From: Eledone cirrhosa
Lineage: Eukaryota
DNA: 64,000 nt
NCBI GenBank assembly: GCA_964016885.1
Contig: OZ024745.1
Location: 11,904,001 to 11,968,000 of the forward strand
Direction: 5' to 3'
Shown here: in pieces, positions 42,365 through 55,000 of the stretch
How the letters are laid out: every line of letters starts with the position of its first letter
Position numbering within the stretch: position 1 is the first letter of the stretch
Position numbers and translations under genes: made by a program
The notes under the pieces: model-generated
Databases searched by the model: none
Told to the model about the DNA's origin: nothing
What the model saw: the letters and a program-made list of their open reading frames with translations, nothing else

Positions 42365-43949
42365 AGGAAAGAAAGAAAGTGGAAGAATCCACTAATATTT
42401 TAATAAGATGAGTGAAGCTCAATACGTTATTATAATGATAGAGGAAGGTGATGAAAGCCACAGGGCATAAATCATCAATTCAAAAGGAAACCAAGGATGT
42501 TATTGAATTTCATCATTTAATTAAATGGCTGAAATTCAATAACAAACCTTGGTTTTCCTTCTGAATCAATATATATATATATATAAATCGAAGTTGCAAC
42601 CGCAGTAGAGCAGAAACCAATCGAATTGTTTGAACCAGTCACAAAGCTCTCAATTTCGTCCAGAGTAAACACAAATTTAAGAAAGTGTGACACCATGAAT
42701 AAAACGACCAAGTGTTTGTGGTCAGAGTTTATCACAACTGCGATAAATACAAACAGATGGAAAACTAACCTGGATCATCTCGTATAGATAGGAATCGATA
42801 GAAATCGATAAAAATCGTCCATAGGTTTCTGGGAACCTGGTTCATGCACCAAGAGTTGCACAATGCAAATGCCAGTTATATATACACCTAGTGATGGAAC
42901 GAGAGATCCTTTCCTCAGCAGATGTTCGTTCAATATTATCCGACGTAGTTCTGCGTGGACGAAGCAGGGAAGCATTCTACCGTAGTAGTAAATTCTCCTG
43001 TGTCATCACGTGACTTCTTTCGAAAGGGGAAGGTCATTTGGCCGAACTTTTGGTGGATATATTTAAGGTGTGGACAAAAAGATTTTCACAGCCTCAAAAT
43101 CTCTCAACTATCGATAATAAACAAAAAATAACGAATATGTTATTAATTCATTACATGAAACTGAGAATAATAATAATAGGTATAAATCAAAGCTGTAGCT
43201 ACAGTAGGGCAGACACTAACCGAATTGTTTGAGGCGGTCACAAAGCACTCAATGGTGCGAAAAGTTAATACACTTTCGTCCAGAGAAAACTCAAATGTAA
43301 TAAAGTGTGATACCATGAATGAAATTACCAAGTGTTTGTGGAAGACCAACAGTCGCCCATGTATACCAGTTTTCCCTCTCCAAGCCACCGATACTTTCCA
43401 AGGGAAAGGTAATGGCTGATACAGCTTGGCACCAGTGACGTCACAACTCATTTCTACAGCTGAGTAAACTGAAACAACGTGAAATAAAGTGTCTTGCTCA
43501 AGAACACAACTCACCGCCGTTACATAACTACTCGTATATACATTCAGCCGACGTGTAGTGTACGTTGCCCAAAGCTTTTGATTGTTATGTTCGCAGAACA
43601 CAATTTATATATTGATAACAAGTCATAACATAGGATCAAAGACTTTCATTTTATATTGGCCATATGAGACAATTCCAAATTTAAAGTGATTCTTCGCACA
43701 ACCACATATTGTGATTACACGTAATATCTATTATATGAAGAATTGCGACCGACTACAATATATGTCTCTCTTCTATTACTGGTTATATCATACTTCGAAT
43801 AATATTAATAATAATTGTTTCTACTTTTGGGCAAAGCATAGCATTTGACCCTCTACCGATACTGCCAATCCACCGTCCATTCTACTTTTGGCACAAGGCC
43901 AGCAATTACCCAGTGTATTACTGGTACTTTATTTTATCGATCCCGTAAA

Positions 43950-44013
<64 letters not shown>

Positions 44014-44814
44014 GGGAAGAAAACGCACATGGTGGATATATATCGTTATGGAATCGCTCCCGTAAGTTTTTGGTTTTTACTTATTTAAAACAACTGTGAT
44101 AGAATAATTCTTATTACAAATGAAGTATAAGATTACAGTTTTTTACTCTCAGCAAACGACAACGCATCACATTACGGCATAGGGCCCCCATATTTAATAT
44201 TTAATTTTGGATCAGAAATGTTATAGTCGAAAAAGAGAAAAATGGCTAAGTGGACAGACAGGCAAATAATTTCACCACCAACACCACCACCGCCACCATC
44301 ACCACTACCACGCCAAAAACTCTAGTCAAGTTACCTCAACTTCTATTTCTACTTCAACTTCAACACCATCACTACAGTACTACGATCACATCACCACCAC
44401 CACTACCTCATTATCGCTACCGCCGCTATTCTCTCTCACTACCTCCTGCTAAGTACTACTAGCACATCACCACCACCACCACTGCCTCATTATCACTACC
44501 ACCGCTATTATCTCCCACTACCTTCTGCTAAGAGAAGCATCGTAGTATTCCCACTAAATGAGGAAGGCATCAAAAGATATAAATAGACTGATTTGATGAC
44601 CCGGTCAAAAAATCAAAAAACCAAAAATCAAAATCAAAAAAGCACAGCAGCAACGAAAAACGTAAAGAAAAGAAAAAAGAAAAGAAAAACAAACAGACAG
44701 GCAGACAAAAAAACTAAATCAGACATTCAAACATTACATTACAATGAAACTTATGTTTTTTTTTTTTTTGGGGGGGGGGGGTTTACCTATTTGTTTGTTT
44801 GTTTATTTATGTTC

Positions 44815-47800
44815 GTCTACAGCGTGATAGTGCCACACTAAAATCACAGGGGGTGATGAAATCACCGATGGTTATGTAACCATACATTCACCAATCCTCG
44901 ATAAGTGTTTAAATGTCGAACCTAAACAGTTCGAATAACGGTGAAGTGGAGACTGGAATGTCATGTGACAGACTCTCACCCAGCAGGTGCCCCCTGGCTC
45001 AGCAGCAGGGACCTGGCTGTCAACCAAATACTGCTGGTGTCGGAGGAAGAAGAATAAGAAGGAAAGGGACCAGAACCAACTGGACGAAAGAATTGAATAG
45101 AACTGTTATGCAATGTTACCTGAAGAGTAACCCCAAGGAAAAGGGCTATAGGAAACGGATGCATAACATCTGGAACGAGATTGGTCTATTTAAATTAGAT
45201 GAACAAAAATTGGCCGGGCAGGCTCGGGTAATAAGAACTAATGGGTGGATAATCGAGCTGGAACTGGAGGAACTGAGCAGAGAGATTAGGTTGGAAATGG
45301 AGAGTGGAGTATGCCAGGCAAACGAGCCAGTGGGAAATGAAGGTGAAGAGGTTGAGGGAACGGAAGAACCATCCGAAGCAGACAATGGTCTGAATGCTGA
45401 AATAAATAATACCTGGAACAAAGATACGGCCATTGAGGAGATGAATGCTGACGGGCTAGGACAAGATTTGGTTGATATCCTAAACTTAGTGGTAGATGAA
45501 ATGAACAATGATAGTGGGAAACCTATGAACCTAAGATTTGTAGATAGGAAAAAGTTAAAAGAAACAACAGCTAAGGTAAACAAAGTCATCCCATACCTTG
45601 AGGCGAGGAGCCTTCACCAGTGCAACAATATCCTCAAAGCAACAGCAAATGCGGTGAGGAAATTACTTGGCATAAAAGCGAGAGGAAGCAACAAACAAGA
45701 AAGATCAGAACCTTGGTGGAAGAAACGACTGAATGGTCAAATCAGGGAAATGAGAAATGACATTGGAAAGCTTAAGTCCCTACTGAATGGGACACTAAAA
45801 AACATCGACACTAAAAATAGACTGGAAATAAAGTACAAAACTAGGAGGAAAAGGCTAAATATTATCATAGAGGAACTGAAGCAACGCATTGTAGCAAAGA
45901 GTACAAAAATTAGGCGATACGAGAGCAGGGTCAGTCAGTATAGACAGAACCGCATGTTTGACAACAACCAGAAGATGTTGTTTGGACAGTTTGAAGGGAA
46001 AGAAAGAGGCAACGACTTGATCCCTGAGGCGGAACAAACTAAGACATTCTGGAGAGGAATATGGGAGCAGGATGTTAAAGATAATGACCAGTCAGTGTGG
46101 ATTGAGACAGTACAAAAGGAGATTAGTGAACAGGCACACCAACAAACTGATTTGAGTATCACAGTTGAAACTCTTAAGGAACACGCCAAAAAACTAACCA
46201 ACTGGAAATCACCAGGCCCAGATGGTGTGCAGGAGTATTGGATTAAAAATATAACATCCGTCTACCCGAAACTGACAACCATGTTCAATGACTGCTTGAT
46301 GTCAGGTGAGTTACCAGAGTGGTTGACAAAAGGTACTACAGTTCTGGTAATGAAAGACCGAATCAATGGTAATGATGTTACCCAGTATAGACGTATCACA
46401 TGCCTGTCGGTAATGTGGAAACTGTTGACAAGCATTGTCTGAGGAAATCTACTATCACCTCCACACAAACAACTTGTTACCGGACGAACAGAAAGGATGC
46501 CTAAAGAAGTCCCGTGGTACAAGGACCAGTTACTTATTGATAAGATGGTAATGAGGAATTGCAAGAGGAGACACACTGGTCTTGCCATGGGATGGATAGA
46601 CTACAAAAAGGCATTTGACATGGTGCCTCATTCTTGGATCACCAAAAGCCTAGAGATCTTCAAGGTGGCAGATAACGTCAGACAGTTGTTGATCAAAAGT
46701 ATGAAGTCCTGGCAAACAAAGTTACATCAGCTGGAGAATCCTTGGGAGGCGTGAAGATCAAGAGAGGTATCTTCCAGGGAGATAGTCTGTCCCCTCTGTT
46801 GTTTGTCCTTGCTCTGATGCCCCTGACCATTATACTGCGAGAAGTGAGAGCAGGATACAAGTTGGGAAAGGGAGAGCTTACCATCAATCATCTCCTCTTC
46901 ATGGACGATCTTAAGCTCTTTGGGAAGAGTGAGAAGGAGTTGGATGTGCTTGTTGACACTGTCCGCATTTTCAGCAATGATATATGTATGCAATTTGGTA
47001 TTAGTAAGTGTGGAGTCCTTGTGATGAAGAGGGGTAAATTGAGCAGAAGCAACGGAATCCAGGTACCAGCAGGTGAGATGATAAAGGAAATTGACACTGA
47101 TGAAGGATACAAGTATTTGGGTGTTCTGGAGGCTGATGACATCAAGAACAAAAAAATGAAGGAATTGATAAGATCTGAATACATTCGGAGAGTAAGGAGC
47201 GTATTAAAATCACATCTGAACAGTAGCAATGCCATAAGTGCAGTAAATTCCCGAGCTGTGTCTATTATTAGGTACAGTGCGGGAATTCTGAGATGGAATG
47301 TTGCTGAACAAAAAGAAATGGATAGGAAGACTAGGAAGCTATTGACTATCTACAACATGTTCCACAAGAGGAGTGATGTCGATAGACTCTACTTAAGGAG
47401 AGTTGAAGGTGGAAGAGGTCTTATCAGCATAGAGGACTGTGTTCAGATGGAGAACAACAACCTACACAAATACGTGACTGATCGTAGGGAGCCAATGCTC
47501 AGAATTGTACTGAAGGAGAGGACAATAGACAAGGGGATATCCAAGGAGGAAATAACAACAAGGAGAAAGAGCAACCTTCATGAAAAATCCCTTCATAGTA
47601 CCTTCTTTGAGAAAACTGAATTTAGAGATCCACAGACATGGAGCTGGTTGAAAAGAGGAGACCTTAAAAAGGCTACAGAAGGAATGCTAATGGCTGCGCA
47701 AGAGCAGGCCCTCAAAACGAAGTGGTTGAAACACCATATTTACAAGGAGGAGGCTAGCCCACTGTGTAGGATCTGTGGAGAGAGGAGACTGTGGCTCACA

Positions 47801-48410
47801 TTGTATCCGAGTGTAAACACCTAGCCCAGACTCACTATAAAGGCTGGAGACATGATGTGATGGGCAGGGTGATCCACTGGCACCTACGCAAAGTAAACAA
47901 TTTACCACATTCTGAGAAGTGGTATGAGCATAAGCCAGAGTCGGTGATAGAAAACGATCAGGTGAAGGTGCTGTGGAATTTTAGGATACAGACGGACAAG
48001 ATACTGGAACACAATAGACCTGACCTGGTGGTTTTGGACAAGGAAAAAAGATCGTGCCTGATTGTGGATGTAGCCTGCCCATTCGACACGAGAGTGCAAG
48101 AGAAGGAGAGGGAGAAAATTAACCGATACCAGGACTTAAAGTGGGAGGTAAAAAGGATTTGGAACTGCTATGAAGTCAAAGTGGTCCCGATTGTCATAGG
48201 CGCACTAGGTACTATCTCAAAGAGTTTCCAAGGATGGTTAAAGAAAATTGGTCCCGCCCCGCTTTTTGGAACACTTCAAAAGGCATGGTTGCTGGGAACA
48301 GCAAGAACCCTCCGATACGTCCAGAATATCTGAGGCTGCAGGTAGTGGCTTGATATTCATTTCAACAAACTTTCCAGTTAAATAACATCAATGACTGAGA
48401 CTCAAAGAAC

Positions 48411-48442
<32 letters not shown>
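44815..48442 (+). mobile_element. R4/Dong-type non-LTR retrotransposon (RT + CCHC + restriction-like endonuclease)
   Basis: [79 protein letters not shown]; short 3' UTR and (AAT)n tail; 5' boundary approximate. Confidence 0.93.
44913..48333 (+). pseudogene. Frameshifted single ORF of the R4/Dong element
   Basis: Four consecutive pieces (44913-46442, 46497-46754, 46742-47824, 47791-48333) reconstruct one protein of about 1140 aa. Confidence 0.9.
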
Positions 48443-48443
<1 letters not shown>

Positions 48444-48704
48444 TGTTTCTACTTTTGGCACAAGGCCAGCAATAACCCAGTCCATTACTGGTACTTTATT
48501 TTATCGACCCCGTAAGGATGAAAGGCAAAGTTAACCTCGGCGGGATATGAACTCAGACCGCAAAAGGGACGTAACTATGCTGGAAAGCATGGCGTCCGAC
48601 CCTCTACCAATACTGCCAATCGTCTAATTTAGGCACAAATTATCATAGTTGACCAATTATCTAGATGGCAAGCTGACAAGAAACCCTCAAAATATGAGTG
48701 TAGC

Positions 48705-48766
<62 letters not shown>

Positions 48767-48825
48767 CCTTAACCTTTTCTTATTTGCACTCACTCGCTTC
48801 TCACTCCCTCTTTATTTTTCCTTTC

Positions 48826-51800
48826 ACCCCACTCTCTATCTTTCTCTCCACTCTCTGTCTTTCTCTAACTCCCTGTCTTTCTCTAACTCCCTGTCTTTCT
48901 CTAACTCCCTGTCTTTCTCTAACTCCCTGTCTTTCTCTAACTCCCTGTCTTTCTCTAACTCCCTGTCTTTCTCTAACTCCCTGTCTTTCTCTAACTCCCT
49001 GTCTTCCTCTAACTCCCTGTCTTTCTCCCCACCTTCTATATTTCTCCCCACTCTCTATATTCTCCCCACTCTCTATCTTTCTCTAACTCCCTGTCTTTCT
49101 CCCCACTCTCTATCTTTCTCCCCACTCTCTATCTTTCTCCCCACTCTATATTGCTCCCCACTCTCTATCTTTCTCCCCACTCTCTACATTTCTCCCCACT
49201 CTCTATCTTTCTCTCCACTCTCTGTCTTTCTCCCCACTCTATATTTCTCTCCACTCTCTATCTTTCTCCCCACACTCTATATTCTCCCACTCTCTATATT
49301 CTCGCCACCCTCTATATTTCTCCCCACTCTCTATCTTTCTCCCCACTCTCTATATTACTCTCCACTCTCTATCTTTCTCCCCTCTCTCTATATTTCTCCC
49401 CACTCTCTATCTTTCTCCCCACTCTACATTTCTCCCCACTCTCTATCTTTCTCTCCACTCCCTGTCATTCTCCCCACTCTCCATCTTTCACCCCACTCTC
49501 TATCTTTCTCCCCACTCTCTATCTTTCTCCCCACTCTCTATATTCTTCCCACTCTCTATCTTTCTCTAACTCCCTGTCTTTCTCCCCACTCTCTATCTTT
49601 CTCTCCACTCTCTATCTTTCTCTCCACTCTCTGTCTTTCTCCCCACTCTATATTTCTCCCCACTCTCTATATTTCTCCCCACTCTCTATCTTTCTCTCCA
49701 CTCTCTGTCTTTCTCCTCACTCTCTATCTTTCTCCCCACTCTCTATATTCTCCCCACTCTCTATAATCTCCCCACTCTCTATCTTTCTCCTCGCCCTCTA
49801 TCTTTCTCCCCACTCTCTATATTTCTCCCCACTCTCTATCTTTCTCCCCACTCTCTATCTTTCTCTCCACTCTCTATCTTTCTCCCCACTCTCTATCTTT
49901 CTCTCCACTCTCTGTCTTTATCTAACTCCCTGTCTTTCTCCCCACTCTCTATATTTCTCCCCACTCTCTATCTTTCTCCCCCTCTCTATATTACTCCCCA
50001 CTCTCTATATTTCTCACCACTCTCTATCTTTCTCACAATCTCTATGTTTCTCCCCACTCTCTATCTTTCTCCTCGCCCTTTATCTTTCTCCTCACTCTCT
50101 ATATTTCTCCCCACTCTCTATCTTTCTCTCCACTCTCTGTCTTTATCTAACTCCCTGTCTTTCTCTAACTCCCTGTCTTTCTCTAACTCCCTGTCTTTCT
50201 CTAACTCCCTGTCTTTCTCTAACTCCCTGTCTTTCTCTAACTCCCTGTCTTTCTCTAACTCCCTGTCTTTCTCTAACTCCCTGTCTTTCTCTAACTCCCT
50301 GTCTTTCTCCCCACCTTCTATATTTCTCCCCACTCTCTATATTCTCCCCACTCTCTATCTTTCTCTAACTCCCTGTCTTTCTCCCCACTCTCTATCTTTC
50401 TCCCCACTCTCTATCTTTCTCCCCACTCTATATTGCTCCCCACTCTCTATCTTTCTCCCCACTCTCTACATTTCTCCCCACTCTCTATCTTTCTCTCCAC
50501 TCTCTGTCTTTCTCCCCACTCTATATTTCTCTCCACTCTCTATCTTTCTCCCCACACTCTATATTCTCCCACTCTCTATATTCTCGCCACCCTCTATATT
50601 TCTCCCCACTCTCTATCTTTCTCCCCACTCTCTATATTACTCCCCACTCTCTATCTTTCTCCCCTCTCTCTATATTTCTCCCCACTCTCTATCTTTCTCC
50701 CCACTCTACATTTCTCCCCACTCTCTATCTTTCTCTCCACTCCCTGTCATTCTCCCCACTCTCCATCTTTCTCCCCACTCTCTATCTTTCTCCCCACTCT
50801 CTATCTTTCTCCCCACTCTCTATATTCTTCCCACTCTCTATCTTTCTCTAACTCCCTGTCTTTCTCCCCACTCTCTATCTTTCTCTCCACTCTCTATCTT
50901 TCTCTCCACTCTCTGTCTTTCTCCCCACTCTATATTTCTCCCCACTCTCTATATTTCTCCCCACTCTCTATCTTTCTCTCCACTCTCTGTCTTTCTCCTC
51001 ACTCTCTATCTTTCTCCCCACTCTCTATATTCTCCCCACTCTCTATAATCTCCCCACTCTCTATCTTTCTCCTCGCACTCTATCTTTCTCCCCACTCTCT
51101 ATATTTCTCCCCACTCTCTATCTTTCTCCCCACTCTCTATCTTTCTCTCCACTCTCTATCTTTCTCCCCACTCTCTATCTTTCTCTCCACTCTCTGTCTT
51201 TATCTAACTCCCTGTCTTTCTCCCCACTCTCTATATTTCTCCCCACTCTCTATCTTTCTCCCCCTCTCTATATTACTCCCCACTCTCTATATTTCTCACC
51301 ACTCTCTATCTTTCTCACAATCTCTATGTTTCTCCCCACTCTCTATCTTTCTCCTCGCCCTTTATCTTTCTCCCCACTCTCTATATTTCTCCCCACTCTC
51401 TATATTTCTCCCCACTCTCTATATTTCTCCCCACTCTCTATCTTTCTCCCCACTCTCTATATTTCTCCCTACTCTCTATCTTTCTCCCCACTCTCTATCT
51501 TTCTCCCCACTCTCTATCTTTCTCCCCACTCTCTATCTTTCTCCCCACTCTCTATCTTTCTCCCCACTCTCTATCTTTCTCCTCGCCCTCTATCCTTCTC
51601 CCCACTCTCTATATTTCTCCCCACTCTCTATATTTCTCCCCACTCTCTATCTTTCTCCCCACTCTCTATCTTTCTCCCCACTCTCTATCTTTCTCCCCAC
51701 TCTCTATATTTCTCCGCACTCTCTATCTTTCTACCCACTCTCTATCTTTCTCCCCACTCTCTATCTTTCTCCACACTCTCTATCTTTCTCCTCGCCCTCT

Positions 51801-51997
51801 ATCTTTCTCCCCACTCTCTATCTTTCTCCCCACTCTCTATATTTCTCCCCACTCTCTATATTTCTCCCCACTCTCTATATTTCTCCCCACTCTCTATCTT
51901 TCGCCCCATTCTCTATCTTTCTCCTCGCCCTCTATCTCTAACTCTATCTCTCTCTATCTCTCTCTAACTCTCTCTATCGCTCTCTAACTCTCTATCT
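48826..51997. repeat. CT-rich about 21-bp minisatellite with a 1282-bp higher-order duplication
   Basis: Units CCCCACTCTCTATCTTTCT / CTAACTCCCTGTCTTTCT; matching ORFs offset by 1282 (48836/50118, 49151/50433). Confidence 0.92.
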
Positions 51998-52089
51998 CCT
52001 ATTCTTTCCATTAATATCAACTGTCAATCTAACGCTTTCTTTACATTTCCAGCTAATCTGGCAGTTGAATTAAGTTATCAATATTGAGA

Positions 52090-55000
52090 GACGGTGAATT
52101 GTCAGAGTCTTTAGAGAGTCAGATAGAATACCTTGCAGTATTTGGTCTGGCTCTCTCTGTGTGAATTGTCAGAGTCTTTAGAGAGTCAGATAGAATACCT
52201 TGCAGTATTTGGTCTGGCTCTCTCTGTGGGGATTGGCAGAGTCTATAGAGAGTCAGATAGAATACCTTGCAGTATTTGGTCTGGCTCTCTCTGTGTGAAT
52301 TGTCAGAGTCTTTAGAGAGTCAGATAGAATACCTTGCAGTATTTGGTCTGGCTCTCTCTGTGTGAATTGTCAGAGTCTTTAGAGAGTCAGATAGAATACC
52401 TTGCAGTATTTGGTCTGGCTCTCTCTGTGGGGATTGGCAGAGTCTATAGAGAGTCAGATAGAATACCTTGCAGTATTTGGTCTGGCTCTCTCTGTGTGAA
52501 TTGTCAGAGTCTTTAGAGAGTCAGATAGAATACCTTGCAGTATTTGGTCTGGCTCTCTCTGTGGGGATTGGCAGAGTCTATAGAGAGTCAGATAGAATAC
52601 CTTGCAGTATTTGGTCCGGCTCTCTCTGTGTGAATTGTCAGAGTCTTTAGAGAGTCAGATAGAATACCTTGCAGTATTTGGTCTGGCTCTCTCTGTGGGG
52701 ATTGTCAGAGTCTTTAGAGAGTCAGATAGAATACCTTGCAGTATTTGGTCCGGCTCTCTCTGTGTGAATTGTCAGAGTGTTTAGAGAGTCAGATAGAATA
52801 CCTTGCAGTATTTGGTCTGGCTCTCTCTGTGGGGATTGGCAGAGTCTATAGAGAGTCAGATAGAATACCTTGCAGTATTTGGTCTGGCTCTCTCTGTGTG
52901 AATTGTCAGAGTGTTTAGAGAGTCAGATAGAATACCTTGCAGTATTTGGTCCGGCTCTCTCTGTGGGGATTGTCAGAGTGTTTAGAGAGTCAGAGAGAAT
53001 ACCTTGCAGTATTTGGTCCGGCTCTCTCTGTGGGGATTGTCAGAGTCTTTAGAGAGTCAGATAGAATACCTTGCAGTATTTGGTCTGGCTCTCTCTGTGT
53101 GAATTGTCAGAGTGTTTAGAGAGTCAGAGAGAATACCTTGCAGTATTTGGTCTGGCTCTCTCTGTGGGGATTGTCAGAGTCTTTAGAGAGTCAGATAGAA
53201 TACCTTGCAGTATTTGGTCTGGCTCTCTCTGTGTGAATTGTCAGAGTGTTTAGAGAGTCAGAGAGAATACCTTGCAGTATTTGGTCTGGCTCTCTCTGTG
53301 TGAATTGTCAGAGTCTTTAGAGAGTCAGATAGAATACCTTGCAGTATTTGGTCCGGCTCTCTCTGTGGGGATTGGCAGAGTCTTTAGAGAGTCAGATAGA
53401 ATACCTTGCAGTATTTGGTCTGGCTCTCTCTGTGGGGATTGTCAGAGTCTTTAGAGAGTCAGATAGAATACCTTGCAGTATTTGGTCTGGCTCTCTCTGT
53501 GTGAATTGTCAGAGTGTTTAGAGAGTCAGAGAGAATACCTTGCAGTATTTGGTCCGGCTCTCTCTGTGGGGATTGTCAGAGTCTTTAGAGAGTCAGATAG
53601 AATACCTTGCAGTATTTGGTCCGGCTCTCTCTGTGGGGATTGTCAGAGTGTTTAGAGAGTCAGAGAGAATACCTTGCAGTATTTGGTCCGGCTCTCTCTG
53701 TGGGGATTGTCAGAGTCTTTAGAGAGTCAGATAGAATACCTTGCAGTATTTGGTCCGGCTCTCTCTGTGGGGATTGTCAGAGTGTTTAGAGAGTCAGATA
53801 GAATACCTTGCAGTATTTGGTCTGGCTCTCTCTGTGTGAATTGTCAGAGTGTTTAGAGAGTCAGATAGAATACCTTGCAGTATTTGGTCCGGCTCTCTCT
53901 GTGTGAATTGTCAGAGTCTTTAGAGAGTCAGATAGAATACCTTGCAGTATTTGGTCTGGCTCTCTCTGTGGGGATTGTCAGAGTGTTTAGAGAGTCAGAT
54001 AGAATACCTTGCAGTATTTGGTCCGGCTCTCTCTGTTAATTGTCAGAGTCTTTAGAGAGTCAGATAGAATACCTTGCAGTATTTGGTCCGGCTCTCTCTG
54101 TGGGAATTGTCAGAGTCTTTAGAGAGTCAGATAGAATACCTTGCAGTATTTGGTCCGGCTCTCTCTGTGGGGATTGTCAGAGTCTTTAGAGAGTCAGATA
54201 GAATACCTTGCAGTATTTGGTCCGGCTCTCTCTGTGGGGATTGTCAGAGTCTTTAGAGAGGCAGATAGAATACCTTGCAGTATTTGGTCCGGCTCTCTCT
54301 GTGTGAATTGGCAGAGTCTTTAGAGAGTCAGATAGAATACCTTGCAGTATTTGGTCTGGCTCTCTCTGTGGGGATTGTCAGAGTCTTTAGAGAGTCAGAT
54401 AGAATACCTTGCAGTATTTGGTCCGGCTCTCTCTGTGGGGATTGTCAGAGTCTTTAGAGAGTCAGATAGAATACCTTGCAGTATTTGGTCCGGCTCTCTC
54501 TGTGGGGATTGTCAGAGTCTTTAGAGAGTCAGATAGAATACCTTGCAGTATTTGGTCCGGCTCTCTCTGTGGGGATTGTCAGAGTCTTTAGAGAGTCAGA
54601 TAGAATACCTTGCAGTATTTGGTCCGGCTCTCTCTGTGGGGATTGTCAGAGTCTTTAGAGAGTCAGATAGAATACCTTGCAGTATTTGGTCCGGCTCTCT
54701 CTGTGGGGATTGTCAGAGTCTTTAGAGAGTCAGATAGAATACCTTGCAGTATTTGGTCCGGCTCTCTCTGTGGGGATTGTCAGAGTCTTTAGAGAGTCAG
54801 ATAGAATACCTTGCAGTATTTGGTCCGGCTCTCTCTGTGGGGATTGTCAGAGTCTTTAGAGAGTCAGATAGAATACCTTGCAGTATTTGGTCCGGCTCTC
54901 TCTGTGGGGATTGTCAGAGTCTTTAGAGAGTCAGATAGAATACCTTGCAGTATTTGGTCCGGCTCTCTCTGTGGGGATTGTCAGAGTCTTTAGAGAGTCA

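Noticed and set aside
49151-51967. 400-500 aa Leu/Ser/Pro ORFs
   Set aside because: CT-rich minisatellite lacking stop codons.
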